Notes: generated by a model from the sequence alone, not told the origin. 64,000 bases of DNA from an uncultured Chloroflexia bacterium (GCA_963751075.1 CAVVTE010000013.1:610773-674772); one strand, 5' to 3'. Shown: positions 23,934 to 34,286, counted from the first letter of the stretch. Translations and numbers: made by a program.

Positions 23934-25029
23934 GGTGGTAGCGGCCGCGGTGCGCCACGGCGTCCCCGGCCCCGTCACGTGCCGCTAGGAGTGGAGGCGA
24001 TGCGGGAGTTGGGGTGCGAGCGGTGATGGCGGACCAGGCCGGGATCGCGCAGGAGCACGAACCAGGGGCAGCATCCCTTGGCCGGACAGCGAGGACGAGC
24101 AAGCCGGGGCGGCGCTGGTCTCGGTGGTCATCCCCTGCTACAACCAGGCCCACTTCCTGGGCGAGGCCATCGAGAGCGTGCTGGCGCAGACCTATCCCCA
24201 CCTGGAGATCGTCGTCGTCGACGACGGCTCGCCCGACAACACCGAGGAGGTGGCCGCTCGCTACCCGGGGGTGCGCTACGTGCGGCAGGAGAACCAGGGG
24301 CTTGGCGGCGGCGCGCAACACCGGGCTGCGCCACAGCCGCGGCGACTACCTGGTCTTCCTCGATGCCGATGACCGGCTGCTGCCAGAGGCGGTGGAGGTG
24401 GGGCTTCGCCACCTCCAGGCCCACCCCGAGTGCGCCTTCGTCTCGGGGCACGTCAACTTGATTGCCAGCGATGGTTGGCCGCTGCCAGGCCCGGACCCTT
24501 TTCTATCTCGGGACTGATCCCTATGTAGACCTCCTCCGCGACAATCCATCACTGGATCCTGGCGGTGGTGTTATCGGCGGGCGGTGTTCGACGGCGGTCG
24601 GGAGGGTTCGACCCTCACGTGAGAGCCTGCTGAAGACTACGACCTGTACCTGCGCATCGCCCGGCAGTACCCGGTCTGTTCCCACGGGGCGGTCGTTGCC
24701 GAGTACCGGCGGCACGGGGCGAACATGACCGGCAACTCCGCCCTGATGCTGCGCTCGGCAGATCACGGTGCTGCGCCGGCAGTGGCGTTATGTGACAGGG
24801 CGATGCGGAACGCACCGCGGCCTACTCGGGCGGTCTCCGATTCTGGCAACACTGCTACGGTCGTCCCCTGGCGGCGGAGGTACTGGCGCAGGTGGCGGCA
24901 GGCGAGTGGAGGCGGGCGCTGCGCGGGCTGGCGGTGCTGCTGCGCGATCCGGCTCTGCTACTGCGAGGCGCGCTGACGATTCTGTGGCGGCAGCGACGCC
25001 CGGCGCAAGTGCTCGCTGCGCCGCTATGA
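23934..25029 (+). repeat. Direct repeat copy A (about 130-bp leader plus a GT2 gene); partner at 26321-27454
   Basis: Read side by side, the leader and the first ~480 bp are near-identical to copy B, and the 3' half is more diverged. Confidence 0.9.
24078..25029 (+). pseudogene. GT2 glycosyltransferase, copy A, at least 5 frame changes
   Basis: VVIPCYNQAHFLGEAIESVLAQTYPHLEIVVVDDGSPDNT lies in ORF 24124..24372, and RNTGLRHSRGDYLVFLDADD in the frame of ORF 24014..24517. DPYVDLLRDN, PAEDYDLYLRIARQYP and the tail ...LLRDPALLLRGALTILWRQRR each lie in a different frame. G4 at 24297-24300 is G3 in copy B. Confidence 0.85.
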
Positions 25030-25139
25030 GCGAGGTCTCGCCACCCTACGTCCGCGATCTCGCCCGTACCCCAGACCGTCCCACTCAACCGGCATTGCAC
25101 CGAAGATCAGGTCGGGGTTTAGCACGATTACAGCGGCAA

Positions 25140-26125
25140 GGCACCACGTGGCCTGATACTTGCTCTACCACCGCATCGCTTCCACACCCACGGATCCGTG
25201 GTCATTGAACGTCACGCCGGAGCACTTCGCCGAACATCTCAGGTCCTGCAATCATACGGCCACCTCGTATCGTTGCCGCAATTGCTCGAGAGGCTTCAGG
25301 ACCGAGACGTTTCCGAGCCAATGATTGCCGTCACCTTTGACGATGGCTACGCCAACAACTTGCACGCCGCAAAACCGCTCCTGGAACGCTTCACCGTACC
25401 GGCAACCGTCTTTGTCGCGGTCGGGGCACTCGAGGATCCAAGAGAATTTTGGTGGGACGAGTTGGATGGGCTCCTGCTGCAGCCAGGAACGCTCCCTGAC
25501 GCATTGCAGCTTCACGTCAACGGGCGTTGCCTTGCCTGGAAGCTCGGCGACGCGGCCCACTACACGCGAGATCGACTTTAGACGCCTCAGCTCCTGGCGT
25601 GCCTGGGAAAATCCGCCTGGTGCTCGTCAGGCGCTCTATCGCTCGCTCTGGGAGTTGCTGCGTCGACTGCCGGTTGGCGAACGTGAGCAGGTGCTGGATG
25701 AACTCCGGGCATGGGCTGGCACTGGACGAATCCGCCGACCCACCCACCGCTGCCTCTCGCCTGCGGAGGCACTGGCCTTGGCGGACGGGCCTTGGGTCAC
25801 GCTTGGCGCCCACACGATGAGCCATCCGTCGCTTGCCAGGCTCACAGTCGATGCCCAGCGGAACGAGATAGAACAGAGCCGGTCTCGCTTGATGGACCTC
25901 CTCTGCCATCCAGTGAGCACCTTTGCCTATCCCTTTGGCAAACGGTCGGATTACAGCTCGGAAACGATCGCGATTGTTCGCGAAGCCGGGTTCGCGAGCG
26001 CCTGCACCAACATTGCCGGCTCGTGGAGCCATCGACCGACTGCTTCCAGCTGCCGCGTTTGCACGTCCATGATTGGGACGGGGACGCATTCAGTCGGCAA
26101 CTCTCAGCATGCTTCGAAGGCTTGA
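25140..26125 (+). pseudogene. Polysaccharide deacetylase (NodB/CE4-like), at least 3 frame changes
   Basis: LLYHRIA...DPWSLNVTPEHFAEHL, IAVTFDDGYANNLHAAKPLLERFTVPATVFV (ORF 25198..25581) and LGAHTMSHPSL...FAYPFGK (ORF 25325..26125). The C-terminus LPRLHVHDWDGDAF is in the frame of ORF 25711..26307. Confidence 0.8.
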
Positions 26126-26320
26126 CGAGCAACCTCCGTTCTCTCGTCTCAATCAGTGCTGGTAGGGCTACGGTCGCCCGAGAAGTGCGGAGGTCGGCGA
26201 TCAGGCGGCGACTATGCGGAGCCGGGCGCTCGGTTCGACGGCAGACCGAGGTCGGGCCGACGCGCAGCGGCAACGCGGCGCACGGACGATCATCGGCCGG
26301 GCGCTGAGAGGAAGGATGGC

Positions 26321-27454
26321 GGTGGTAGCGGCCGCGGTGCGCCACGGCGATACCCGGCCCCGTCGACGTGCCGCTGGAGTGGACGCGATGCGGGAGCTGG
26401 GGTGCGAGCGGTGATGGCGGACCAGGCCGGGATCGCGCACGAGCACGATCCCGGGGCAGCATCCCTTGGCCGGACCGGCGAGGACGAGCAAGCCGGGGCC
26501 GGCGCTGGTCTCGGTGGTCATCCCCTGCTACAACCAGGCCCACTTCCTGGGCGAGGCCATCGAGAGCGTGCTGGCGCAGAGCTATCCCCACCTGGAGATC
26601 GTCGTCGTCGACGACGGCTCGCCGGACAACACCGAGGAGGTCGCCGCTCGCTACCCGGGGGTGCGCTACGTGCGGCAGGAGAACCAGGGCTTGGCCGCGG
26701 CGCGCAACACCGGGCTGCGCCACAGCCGCGGCGACTACCTGGTCTTCCTCGATGCCGATGATCGGCTGCTGCCCGAGGCGGTGGAGGCCGGCCTGGAGCA
26801 TCTGCACGCGCATCCCGAGTGCGCCTTCGCGTTCGGCAAATGGCGACTCATCGCCGTCGACGGCTCGCCGCTGCCGAAGCTGCCGCTGCCGCCCATCGAA
26901 GTCGACAGGCGACGCCTACGTCTGCCTGCTGCAGCGCAACCATATCGAGATGCATGCCACGGTGGTGTACCGGCGGGCGGTGTTCGAGGCGGTTGGGGAG
27001 TTCGACCCTTCGCTGAACGCCTGCGCAGGACTACGACCTGTACCTGCGCATCGCCCGGCAGTACCCGATCTGTTCCCACGGGGCGGTCGTGGCCGAGTAC
27101 CGGCGGCACGGGAGCAACATGACGAACGACCCGGCGCTCATGTTGCAGTCCGCGGTGACGGTGTTGAGGAGGCAGCGGCAGCACGTGCGGGGTGATACCC
27201 AGCGCGCTGCCGCCTACCGAGCTGGACTTCGCTCCTGGTACGGCTACTACGGACGGCAGCTGGCGGCGGAGATGCTGGCGCGGGCGGCGGCAGGGGACTG
27301 GCGGCGGGCGCTGCACGGGCTGGCAGTGCTGCTGCGTGATCCGGCGCTGTTGCTACAGGGTGCAATTACGGTGCCGCGGCCTGCGGTGCAGTTGCTGTGG
27401 CGACAGCGGCGGTCCGCGCAAGCAGTTCCTGGGTCCGCCGCGCGCGAGGCCTGA
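26321..27454 (+). repeat. Direct repeat copy B; partner at 23934-25029
   Basis: See copy A. Confidence 0.9.
26466..27454 (+). pseudogene. GT2 glycosyltransferase, copy B, 2 frame changes
   Basis: Frame of 26466: VVIPCYNQ...DDGSPDNT...LAAARNTGLRHSRGDYLVFLDADD...IEVD. Frame of 26368: GDAYVCLLQRNHIEMHATVVYRRAVFEAVGEFDPSLN. Frame of 27089: PAQDYDLYLRIARQYPICSHGAVVAEYRRHGSNM... ending at the stop at 27454. Confidence 0.85.
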
Positions 27455-27528
27455 TGACTATGCTCCCCGAGCTCTAGTCGTCGTTTGCACAGCGAGGACC
27501 AGGACGAACTCGAGCGTCTTTCAGCAAT

Positions 27529-28167
27529 TTGCGCCGGGTGACGCCGATGAGCCGTGACTTCGGCTACGACCGTGGGCAGCCCATTGACCGCTACTACATC
27601 GAGCAGTTCCTCGACCGCCACGCGGATGACGTCCACGGGCGCGTGTTGGAAATCGGGGACGACGCCTACACCAGCAGGTTCGGAGGCGACCGTGTAAGCG
27701 TCAGTGACGTGCTGCATGTCGATGACAGCAACCCCGCCGCGACGATCGTCGGTGACCTGGCCCAGGCCGATCACATCCCCTCCGACACGTTTGATTGCAT
27801 CATCCTCACCCAGACCCTCCACCTTATCTACGACGTTCCGGCGGCGATACGCACACTGCACCGCATTCTGAAGCCGGGCGGCGTCTTGCTGGCCACCTTT
27901 CCCGGGGTCAGCCAGATCGCTCGCGATCGGTGGGGCGAGACCTGGTATTGGGGGTTCACAACCCTCTCCGCCCGACGCCTTTTCGAGGAGTCATTTCCGG
28001 CCGGAACGATCGAAGTCGAGTCACGGGGAAACGTGCTGACGGCCATCGGCTTCCTCCACGGCCTTGCCGCGGAGGAACTCCGGCAGGAGGAGCTCGACTT
28101 TAACGACCCAACCTATCAAGTCCTGGTCATGCTTCGGGCAGAGAAACCGATGGGTTCGGTTCCATAA
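27529..28167 (+). CDS. Class I SAM-dependent methyltransferase (Methyltransf_11-like)
   Basis: Intact ORF with RVLEIGDDAYTSRFG, FDCIILTQTLHLIYD and LKPGGVLLATFPG. Confidence 0.8.
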   Translation: MRRVTPMSRDFGYDRGQPIDRYYIEQFLDRHADDVHGRVLEIGDDAYTSRFGGDRVSVSDVLHVDDSNPAATIVGDLAQADHIPSDTFDCIILTQTLHLIYDVPAAIRTLHRILKPGGVLLATFPGVSQIARDRWGETWYWGFTTLSARRLFEESFPAGTIEVESRGNVLTAIGFLHGLAAEELRQEELDFNDPTYQVLVMLRAEKPMGSVP

Positions 28168-28749
28168 CTGATCTCCGAGCTGTGTCTCATTGAGGAGGGC
28201 CGACAGCACCGGCTAAGGTCGACCAAGATGGCAAGGCCTCTTATGACAACTTGCTACAAGCGGGCGATCTCCAGCTTCCTGGGAACGATGAAGCGCCGCA
28301 GCCCCGCATCGATCAGATGTTGGTCTCGGGTAATAGTCTCCTTATATGACCCAACAACCAAATTCGCCTGGTAGCACGATGATCCAGCGCGGCTTGTACC
28401 GCAGTTCTGCCGCAGAGCGCGGGCGTTACGGTCGGCACAACAGACGGTGACGATTGAGAGCGCAGGACCGACTGGTACGGTAATCCCAGCCGAGGACAGA
28501 TTTTTTGAGATCGCGGACTTGGCGTGCCGCATCCTAGCTGATCACGTACCCAGTTTGCGGATATCAATTAAATTTGGAGGAATTCGCAAACGCCGCGACC
28601 TGGAGCGGTGATATGTTTGCCACTTGAGGTGACTGGCTCAGCAAAACCTCGTTCATCGGGAGGGTTACGATCCGGAGCACTCTAGCCAAGTAGCTTCACC
28701 TATTGCAGACATTGGGTACGTGTCCGCAAGCGCCGGGAAGAAGCCGCTG

Positions 28750-29794
28750 CTATCGCGGCTGACTCAGTCGATCATCGTGGATGCAGCCGCTGACGTCCCA
28801 GAGGGACTCGCTGTCGGGCTTTCTGACTCCCGTGCCGGTCGCCACGTCGGCGGCTTGGGGTGATGCGGGCATCGTCAGGGACAGGAGCATCTCGGCCACC
28901 GCCTGGGGAGCGTTGACAAGGGCCAGGTGGTTGTCCGCCAGCTCCCGCACGCGCCAGCCCGGATCCGATCGGACCCGCTCAGCAGTGAGCACATAGGGAT
29001 CCGTCTGCGCATCCTTGCCCTCCGTGCACAAGACGAAGGCGCGGGGGAGTGCCGCAGCCGCCGGGTTGCCGAGTTGGATCGGCTGGAGCCAGGTCGCCAG
29101 CGGCTGCGGCTGCAGCTTCGAAAGCACCCAGTCCGCATCGGCCGGATCCTTCGCCAGTCGCCCGGAGCCACTCCTCAATCGCGGGGTAGACGGGCACGAA
29201 GTTGGGCATGCCAGCCTCCGCCCCCGCCAGCACATCGGCGGCCAGGGCGTTCTTAAGGGCGTCCTCGGAAGCGAAAAGAAAAGTCGTAGGCGTTTTGGCC
29301 ATCGGCGGGCACATCGGCATCGAAATAGATCAGTTGCGCCAGCCGCTCGGGCACCTGCTCGGCCACCCGGTAATGATCCACCCGCCGTAGCTCCAGCCGA
29401 CGAGCGTGACATTGTGCAAATCCTCGAACTCCAGCACGTTAACGACGTCAGTGACGTGGATGTCGAGGTCGAGCGACGGGCGGGCAAGATGGGCGCGGTC
29501 GCCGAGCCCGGTGAGGGTGGGGGCGTGGACGTCGTGCCCGGCCTCCCGCAGCAAGGGGACGAGTTTGCGCCAGACCCAGCCGCCGAACCAGGAGCCGTGG
29601 ACCAGGACGAACGTTTCTCGCCTGTCCTCAGCCGCAGGGGGACTGGCCTCCTGGGCGGCAACCTGGGCCGATGCGCCCCACTGGTTCGCAAGCCCAACAG
29701 CCACCGCACCTGCCGTGCCACCGACAACGGAGCGGCGACCGAGCCGCCGGTCGCCGGCAGACGCGTTCCGGATGATCGCGGTTACGTCGGTCAT
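28750..29794 (-). pseudogene. Alpha/beta hydrolase with a twin-arginine-type signal, at least 2 frame changes
   Basis: The N-part is in ORF 29330..29794 (RRLGRRSVVGGTAGAVAVGLA, FVLVHGSWFGGWVW, nucleophile elbow VGWSYGG). The middle is in ORF 28979..29320. The C-part is in the frame of ORF 28750..29727 (RAFVLCTEGKD, ADNHLALVNAPQAVAEML). Confidence 0.7.
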
Positions 29795-30085
29795 TGCTTC
29801 TGCTCCTTAGCGAACGCGGAGAGGGCCCCTGGGGAACAATGCGGAGGCCACTGACCGGCGGCAGCATTTTCGGCTCGGCGGATCCCGTTCTCAGTCTTCA
29901 CCCAGGGCGCTAACCTGGTGCCGGTTCAGCCTCCGTACATCAAGCTTCGTGGTTGCCCCGGTCAGCGAGCAATCTACGCGAACGCACCAATTACGGTCAT
30001 TTCAATTGGCCCGGATATGCCGTGTGGATCAGTTTTGCACCTCTACGGTCCCAAGAAGCCGCGCAATTGCCGCCTCAAGGAACGC

Positions 30086-31014
30086 TCAAGTTATGTTCGT
30101 CGTGATCGTGCGCCGCAACCCCTCCTCCAGGCCGACCTGCACGTGGTAGCCGAAGCCTTGCCGGGCCGCCGTTATGTCGGCCACAGAATGCCTTATTTCG
30201 CCTGGACGTGCCGGATCATGACGAGCATGCGCTTCGACACCGACGAGCCGGGCCATCTCCGCAAGGAGCGCGTTCACGGAGACGGCTCGGCCGGAGGCGA
30301 CGTTGAAAACCCGGCCGGCAATCCCGGCGGCAGATGCCGCCCTCAGATTGGCGTCGACCACGTTGTCGACGAACGTGAAGTCGCGAGATTGCTCGCCATC
30401 CCCGTAAATGACCGGGGACTCGCCGAGGTGGAGCGCGCGGAGGAACGCGGGAATGACGGCGGCGTACGCCGAAGCCGGGTCCTGCCGCGGCCCGAACACA
30501 TTGAAGTAGCGCAAGGCGACGGTCTCCAGCCCATAGAGGCGCGTGAACACGGCTGCAGAGTTGCTCTCCGGTGAGCTTGGAGATCGCGTATGGCGAGAGC
30601 GGGTTCGGCCGCATCTCCTCGCGCACGGGTATCCCAGCGGCATCGCCGTAGACAGCGGAGGAGGAGGCGAAGACGACGCGGCGGCACCCGGCGTCGCGCG
30701 CGGCCAGCAGCAGGTTGAGCGTCCCGGTGATGTTCGCGGTGACGGTTGTCTGTGGGTCGTCGATCGAGCGCGGGACGGAGGCAACGGCTGCCAGGTGGAA
30801 GACGACTTCCGCGCTCTCCACCGCATCGGCAACCGCATCCGTGTCGGCAACGTCCCCTTCGAGCAACTGGATGTTTTCGCGTACAGCCTCGAGGTGCTCC
30901 AGCGTTGCCGCTCGAAAAATCATCCAGAACGCGAACCTGCTCACCACGGTGAACTAATCGCTCGACCAGGTGCGAGCCAATGAACCCCGCACCGCCTGTG
31001 ACGAGAAACACCAC
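30086..31014 (-). pseudogene. NAD-dependent sugar epimerase (GalE/WbpP-like SDR), 2 frame changes
   Basis: [20 protein letters not shown] is in the frame of ORF 30343..31014. ATLEHLEAV...[12 protein letters not shown]...[11 protein letters not shown] is in 30216..30947. [24 protein letters not shown]...[17 protein letters not shown] is in 30086..30850. There is an extra T at 30554 relative to the paralogous fragment at 34.5 kb. Confidence 0.85.
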
Positions 31015-31370
31015 GCCTCCTTGCCGTTAGGGCTGTGCAGGCCGGCATCGGCCGTCGTCGTGCTAGAAGCAAAAACACCGCATCGCGATCTCGCCGCCTG
31101 CGCGTTAGCCCGCGAGCGCCAAGCATCTCCGAGTCGCTTTGCTTCGGCCTCCCAGCATTGCGACCTCCGTGAATCCGACCTCAACGCGACGCGGCGCCGA
31201 TGGTCGTTTTGCCGGGCCGGCAATATACGGGGGCAGCCATTACGGTATAGTATCGAGTCTGAAGGATTCCGTTGAATTTTGCTGCATAGTTCGACGTCGC
31301 GTCTGGCATGCTCGACCGCTGTACTGCTTTCGACACGAGAGTCGACGGCAAAGTTCTTCTGTCGGGCCGC

Positions 31371-31428
31371 TAGATGATGCCATGCTAGACGCATGAGAAT
31401 AGATGATGCCATGCTAGACGCATGAGAA
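31371..31428 (+). repeat. Exact 29-bp tandem duplication spanning the pyruvyl-transferase start codon
   Basis: tagatgatgccatgctagacgcatgagaa occurs at 31371-31399 and again at 31400-31428. Confidence 0.95.
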
Positions 31429-32699
31429 TCGTCGTTGAATCCGGCACGCATTTGCTCAATCACGGCGACAACGCGATGCTCGTCGTCGCCATGCGGCATA
31501 TCCGGCGCCTGTGGCCACACGCACGTGTACAGGTTGTGACTGAGGCGCCTGGGCGGTTAGCCGCGCTGCTTCCCGATGTGGAGCCGTTGACGACAGGCGA
31601 TCGCGGAGCATGGGAGCGGCACGTACTGACGTGGATCCGGCGCCGCTATCCATGGACACCAAGTGGACGATCGCTGCAGGCGTTCGAGCGCACGATGCAG
31701 TCGCGTGTAGTTCCCGTTGCGCGCTTGCTGACATACGGGCCAACCTCAAATGAGATGGCAACGCGCGCACTCGCGTTCGGTGAGGCGATCGCGGAAGCGG
31801 ATCTGGTGCTCGGTTCCGGTGGCGGCGGCATTACCGATGCCTTTCCGGGGTACGCGTACTCGTTCCTGTCGATGCTCCAAACCGCGCATCGACTTGGTGC
31901 GATCACAGTGTGTATGGGACAGGGAATTGGACCGCTCGAGGACGCGAAGCTCGGGGCGTTCGCAAGACGCGTGCTCACGGATGTCGACCTGATCGCAGTG
32001 CGGGAAGGTCTCTATTCGCCGAATATTCTCCGCGGGTGGGGCGTGCCTGCTGAGCGTATTTTCGTTACTGGAGATGACGCCATCGAGCTCGCGTTCGACG
32101 CGCGGCAGCGCGAGCTGGGTAGTGGCATCGGCGTCAATCTGCGCGCCGCGGATTATTCGGGCGTCGGCGCGCGTGAGGCGGCCCTCGTGCGCGAGGTGCT
32201 GGGCCGCTCGACGATGCGACTGAGCGGCCAGCTAATTCCACTACCCATCGAGCACGGCACGGACGAAGACGCGATCCGCCCGATCATGTCACTCACCGAT
32301 CGGCCAGACGATATCGGTGCCGATCTCGTCGCACTCCCCGATATCCTGCGTCAGATCGCGCGCTGCCGTGTCGTCATTACCGGCAGCTACCACGCAGCAG
32401 TGTTTGCGCTGGCTCAGGGGATTCCAGCCGTCGGGCTCGCGAGGACACCATATTACCAGTACAAGTTCCGTGGCCTCGCGTTTCAATTCGGGAGTGGGTG
32501 CGAGGTCGTCGAATTTGACGACCCACGGTTCTGCGAGCGGCTCGAGGCAAGCATAACGCGCTTGTGGACCGCGGCAGAGTCGTTGCGTCCAATGCTGCTC
32601 GAGGCCTCACGTGGTCAAGTTGCTGCCGCCACCCGGGCCTATGATGAGGTCGGCAGCATTGTTCATGAAGCCCACGCCGCAAAATCCGTGTCAGCATGA
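31422..32699 (+). CDS. Polysaccharide pyruvyl transferase (CsaB/WcaK family)
   Basis: Intact 425 aa. The C-terminal ITGSYHAAVFALAQGIPAVGL is typical of PS_pyruv_trans proteins. Confidence 0.8.
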   Translation: MRIVVESGTHLLNHGDNAMLVVAMRHIRRLWPHARVQVVTEAPGRLAALLPDVEPLTTGDRGAWERHVLTWIRRRYPWTPSGRSLQAFERTMQSRVVPVARLLTYGPTSNEMATRALAFGEAIAEADLVLGSGGGGITDAFPGYAYSFLSMLQTAHRLGAITVCMGQGIGPLEDAKLGAFARRVLTDVDLIAVREGLYSPNILRGWGVPAERIFVTGDDAIELAFDARQRELGSGIGVNLRAADYSGVGAREAALVREVLGRSTMRLSGQLIPLPIEHGTDEDAIRPIMSLTDRPDDIGADLVALPDILRQIARCRVVITGSYHAAVFALAQGIPAVGLARTPYYQYKFRGLAFQFGSGCEVVEFDDPRFCERLEASITRLWTAAESLRPMLLEASRGQVAAATRAYDEVGSIVHEAHAAKSVSA

Positions 32700-32889
32700 T
32701 CACGGTAATTGCGGTCTTACACGCGGTGTCATACAAAATGAAATTGTTGGCGCTTTCATTAGAATGCTTTGCTGAGTGAGCAAGCCGTGGATCGGCGCCA
32801 CCACGACATGAGAGACGGGGTCTTTCAGAGCAGTCATCATCGCCCGGCGGGCGTCCACCGCGACAGGAAAATCGGCTATTTTCGGACCA

Positions 32890-32929
32890 GCCTCGTCAGA
32901 GTCGCGCTTGCCAGCGCGACTCTGACGAG
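32890..32929. repeat. Perfect 17-bp inverted repeat (hairpin) with a 6-nt loop
   Basis: CCTCGTCAGAGTCGCGC (32890-32906), loop ttgcca, then GCGCGACTCTGACGAGG (32913-32929). It lies 190 nt downstream of the pyruvyl-transferase stop and has no T-tract. Confidence 0.9.
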
Positions 32930-33186
32930 GCCCTTCAGGGAGGCGATGAAATCTGACTGCTGCCCCCCGGTAGACATCACCGGGTCATCCGATGAATGTG
33001 TTTATGGGCATCTCAGATCCTCGCTCGAACCATGCATACTCGTGCTTTAGGTGCGACGAAATTTTGCGTCTGAGTGCATCAGAGCTGTCATAGAGAACGA
33101 GGGGAATGTTTGTGAGCATCCATAAGGTGATGCAAAACATCCGCCAGAGAATCGACAAACACTCCCTAAGTTCTGTCTCCAAAACG

Positions 33187-33488
33187 GTTCGCAAGCACAA
33201 CTTCACCTATCTCTCACCAACCCAATCCAGTTACACAAAAAACCCGTCGATACCACTTGGCCACAACCCGAAATGAGTGCAGCCGCATTGGCTCACATCG
33301 ACAGTGATTGGCAAGACTTTTTCGCTTACTGCCTTGAAGCGATTTTCGATCTTGTGAGCCCGGGCCGCGCTATCGTCATCGACGATTGCCACTACCGCGG
33401 ATGCCGGATAGCGATGGACGAATTCCTCGTTGAAGGACCTGGTTACTCACTCGAACCTGAACCAAGCAGAATACGTCGTCGACGGTGA
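33187..33488 (+). pseudogene. Relic of a TylF/Methyltransf_24-like methyltransferase with its middle deleted
   Basis: VRKHNFTYLSPTQ (from 33187) resembles the family N-terminus. ORF 33273..33488 (LAHIDSDWQDFFAYCLEAIFDLVSPGRAIVIDDCHYRGCRIAMDEF) resembles the C-terminus. The SAM-binding core between them is missing, and the two parts are in different frames. Confidence 0.4.
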
Positions 33489-33584
33489 GCAATTTGGTCA
33501 GGGGCTATGCCCTCACGCAGCACTGCTCGGCGGGCTCAGGAGGAATGTGAGTGGTCCCCTACCCTTATCCAAGGAGGAGTTTAA

Positions 33585-34256
33585 ATGGCTAGCGTCTCGA
33601 CAGGTGAGGCGCCGCAAAAGCGGTGGAAGACCGAGGGCATGGAATATGCTGCACCCCATCTGCGCCTTCGCCAGGTGGCGGCGCTCGTAAATGAGCTGCA
33701 CCCCGAAAGCCTACTGGATCTTGGCTGCGCCCAAGGTTATCTCCGCGATCTTTGTCCCGGGGTATCGTATGCCGGAGTTGATTTTGTTCCATTAGCTCAG
33801 TCCGGCGCCTTTCCGTTTTGGCTTTGCAACTTCAATCGTGAGCCACTCCCAGTTTGTATCGAGAACATTGAATTGATGGTGTGTTCTGGGATCCTAGAGT
33901 ATGTGGATGATGTTCCGGGATTCTTGCGCCAGATTCAATCCCGACTTCGGCCCAATGGTCATCTCGTCGCGACCTACTACAATATGAATCATGTGTACCG
34001 GGCAGCGTGTCTACTGCTCGGTAAAACATTCCCCGTGCATCCTGATTGGCGAAATTTCTACGCTCCAGCTGATATCGCAGCACAGTTCGACGCGGCGGGA
34101 TTGAGTGTGGTCCGCAAACTTGCGACGAATCACTCGTTTCGGAGACCACCGACGTTAGAGCAGACCACGACAAGTCCGTTATCGTTGCCGAAAGCTCGCC
34201 CATGGTCAACTTTGTTTGCCCATGAGTTCCTATTCGTAGCGAAAAAGCCGTTCTAG
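33585..34256 (+). CDS. Class I SAM-dependent methyltransferase
   Basis: Intact ORF with LLDLGCAQGYLRDL, MVCSGILEYVDD and LRPNGHLVATYYN. Confidence 0.75.
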   Translation: MASVSTGEAPQKRWKTEGMEYAAPHLRLRQVAALVNELHPESLLDLGCAQGYLRDLCPGVSYAGVDFVPLAQSGAFPFWLCNFNREPLPVCIENIELMVCSGILEYVDDVPGFLRQIQSRLRPNGHLVATYYNMNHVYRAACLLLGKTFPVHPDWRNFYAPADIAAQFDAAGLSVVRKLATNHSFRRPPTLEQTTTSPLSLPKARPWSTLFAHEFLFVAKKPF

Positions 34257-34286
34257 CGTTCTTCCACGTGGCGGTTGCCGGATTTA

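Noticed and set aside
25842-26813. 323-aa minus-strand ORF
   Set aside because: It is antisense to the deacetylase 3' end and GT2 copy B. It is Arg/Pro-rich and low in complexity, so I treat it as a shadow ORF.
23934-27454. Repeats as a possible CRISPR array or other short-repeat system
   Set aside because: The repeats are kilobase-scale gene duplications, not 25-40-nt repeats with unique spacers. No cas-like genes are present.
28254-28567. Overlapping minus-strand ORFs of 92 and 84 aa between a methyltransferase and the hydrolase gene
   Set aside because: They have no recognisable motifs, overlap each other in different frames, and have unusual composition. The stretch is left unannotated as possibly non-coding or relic sequence.
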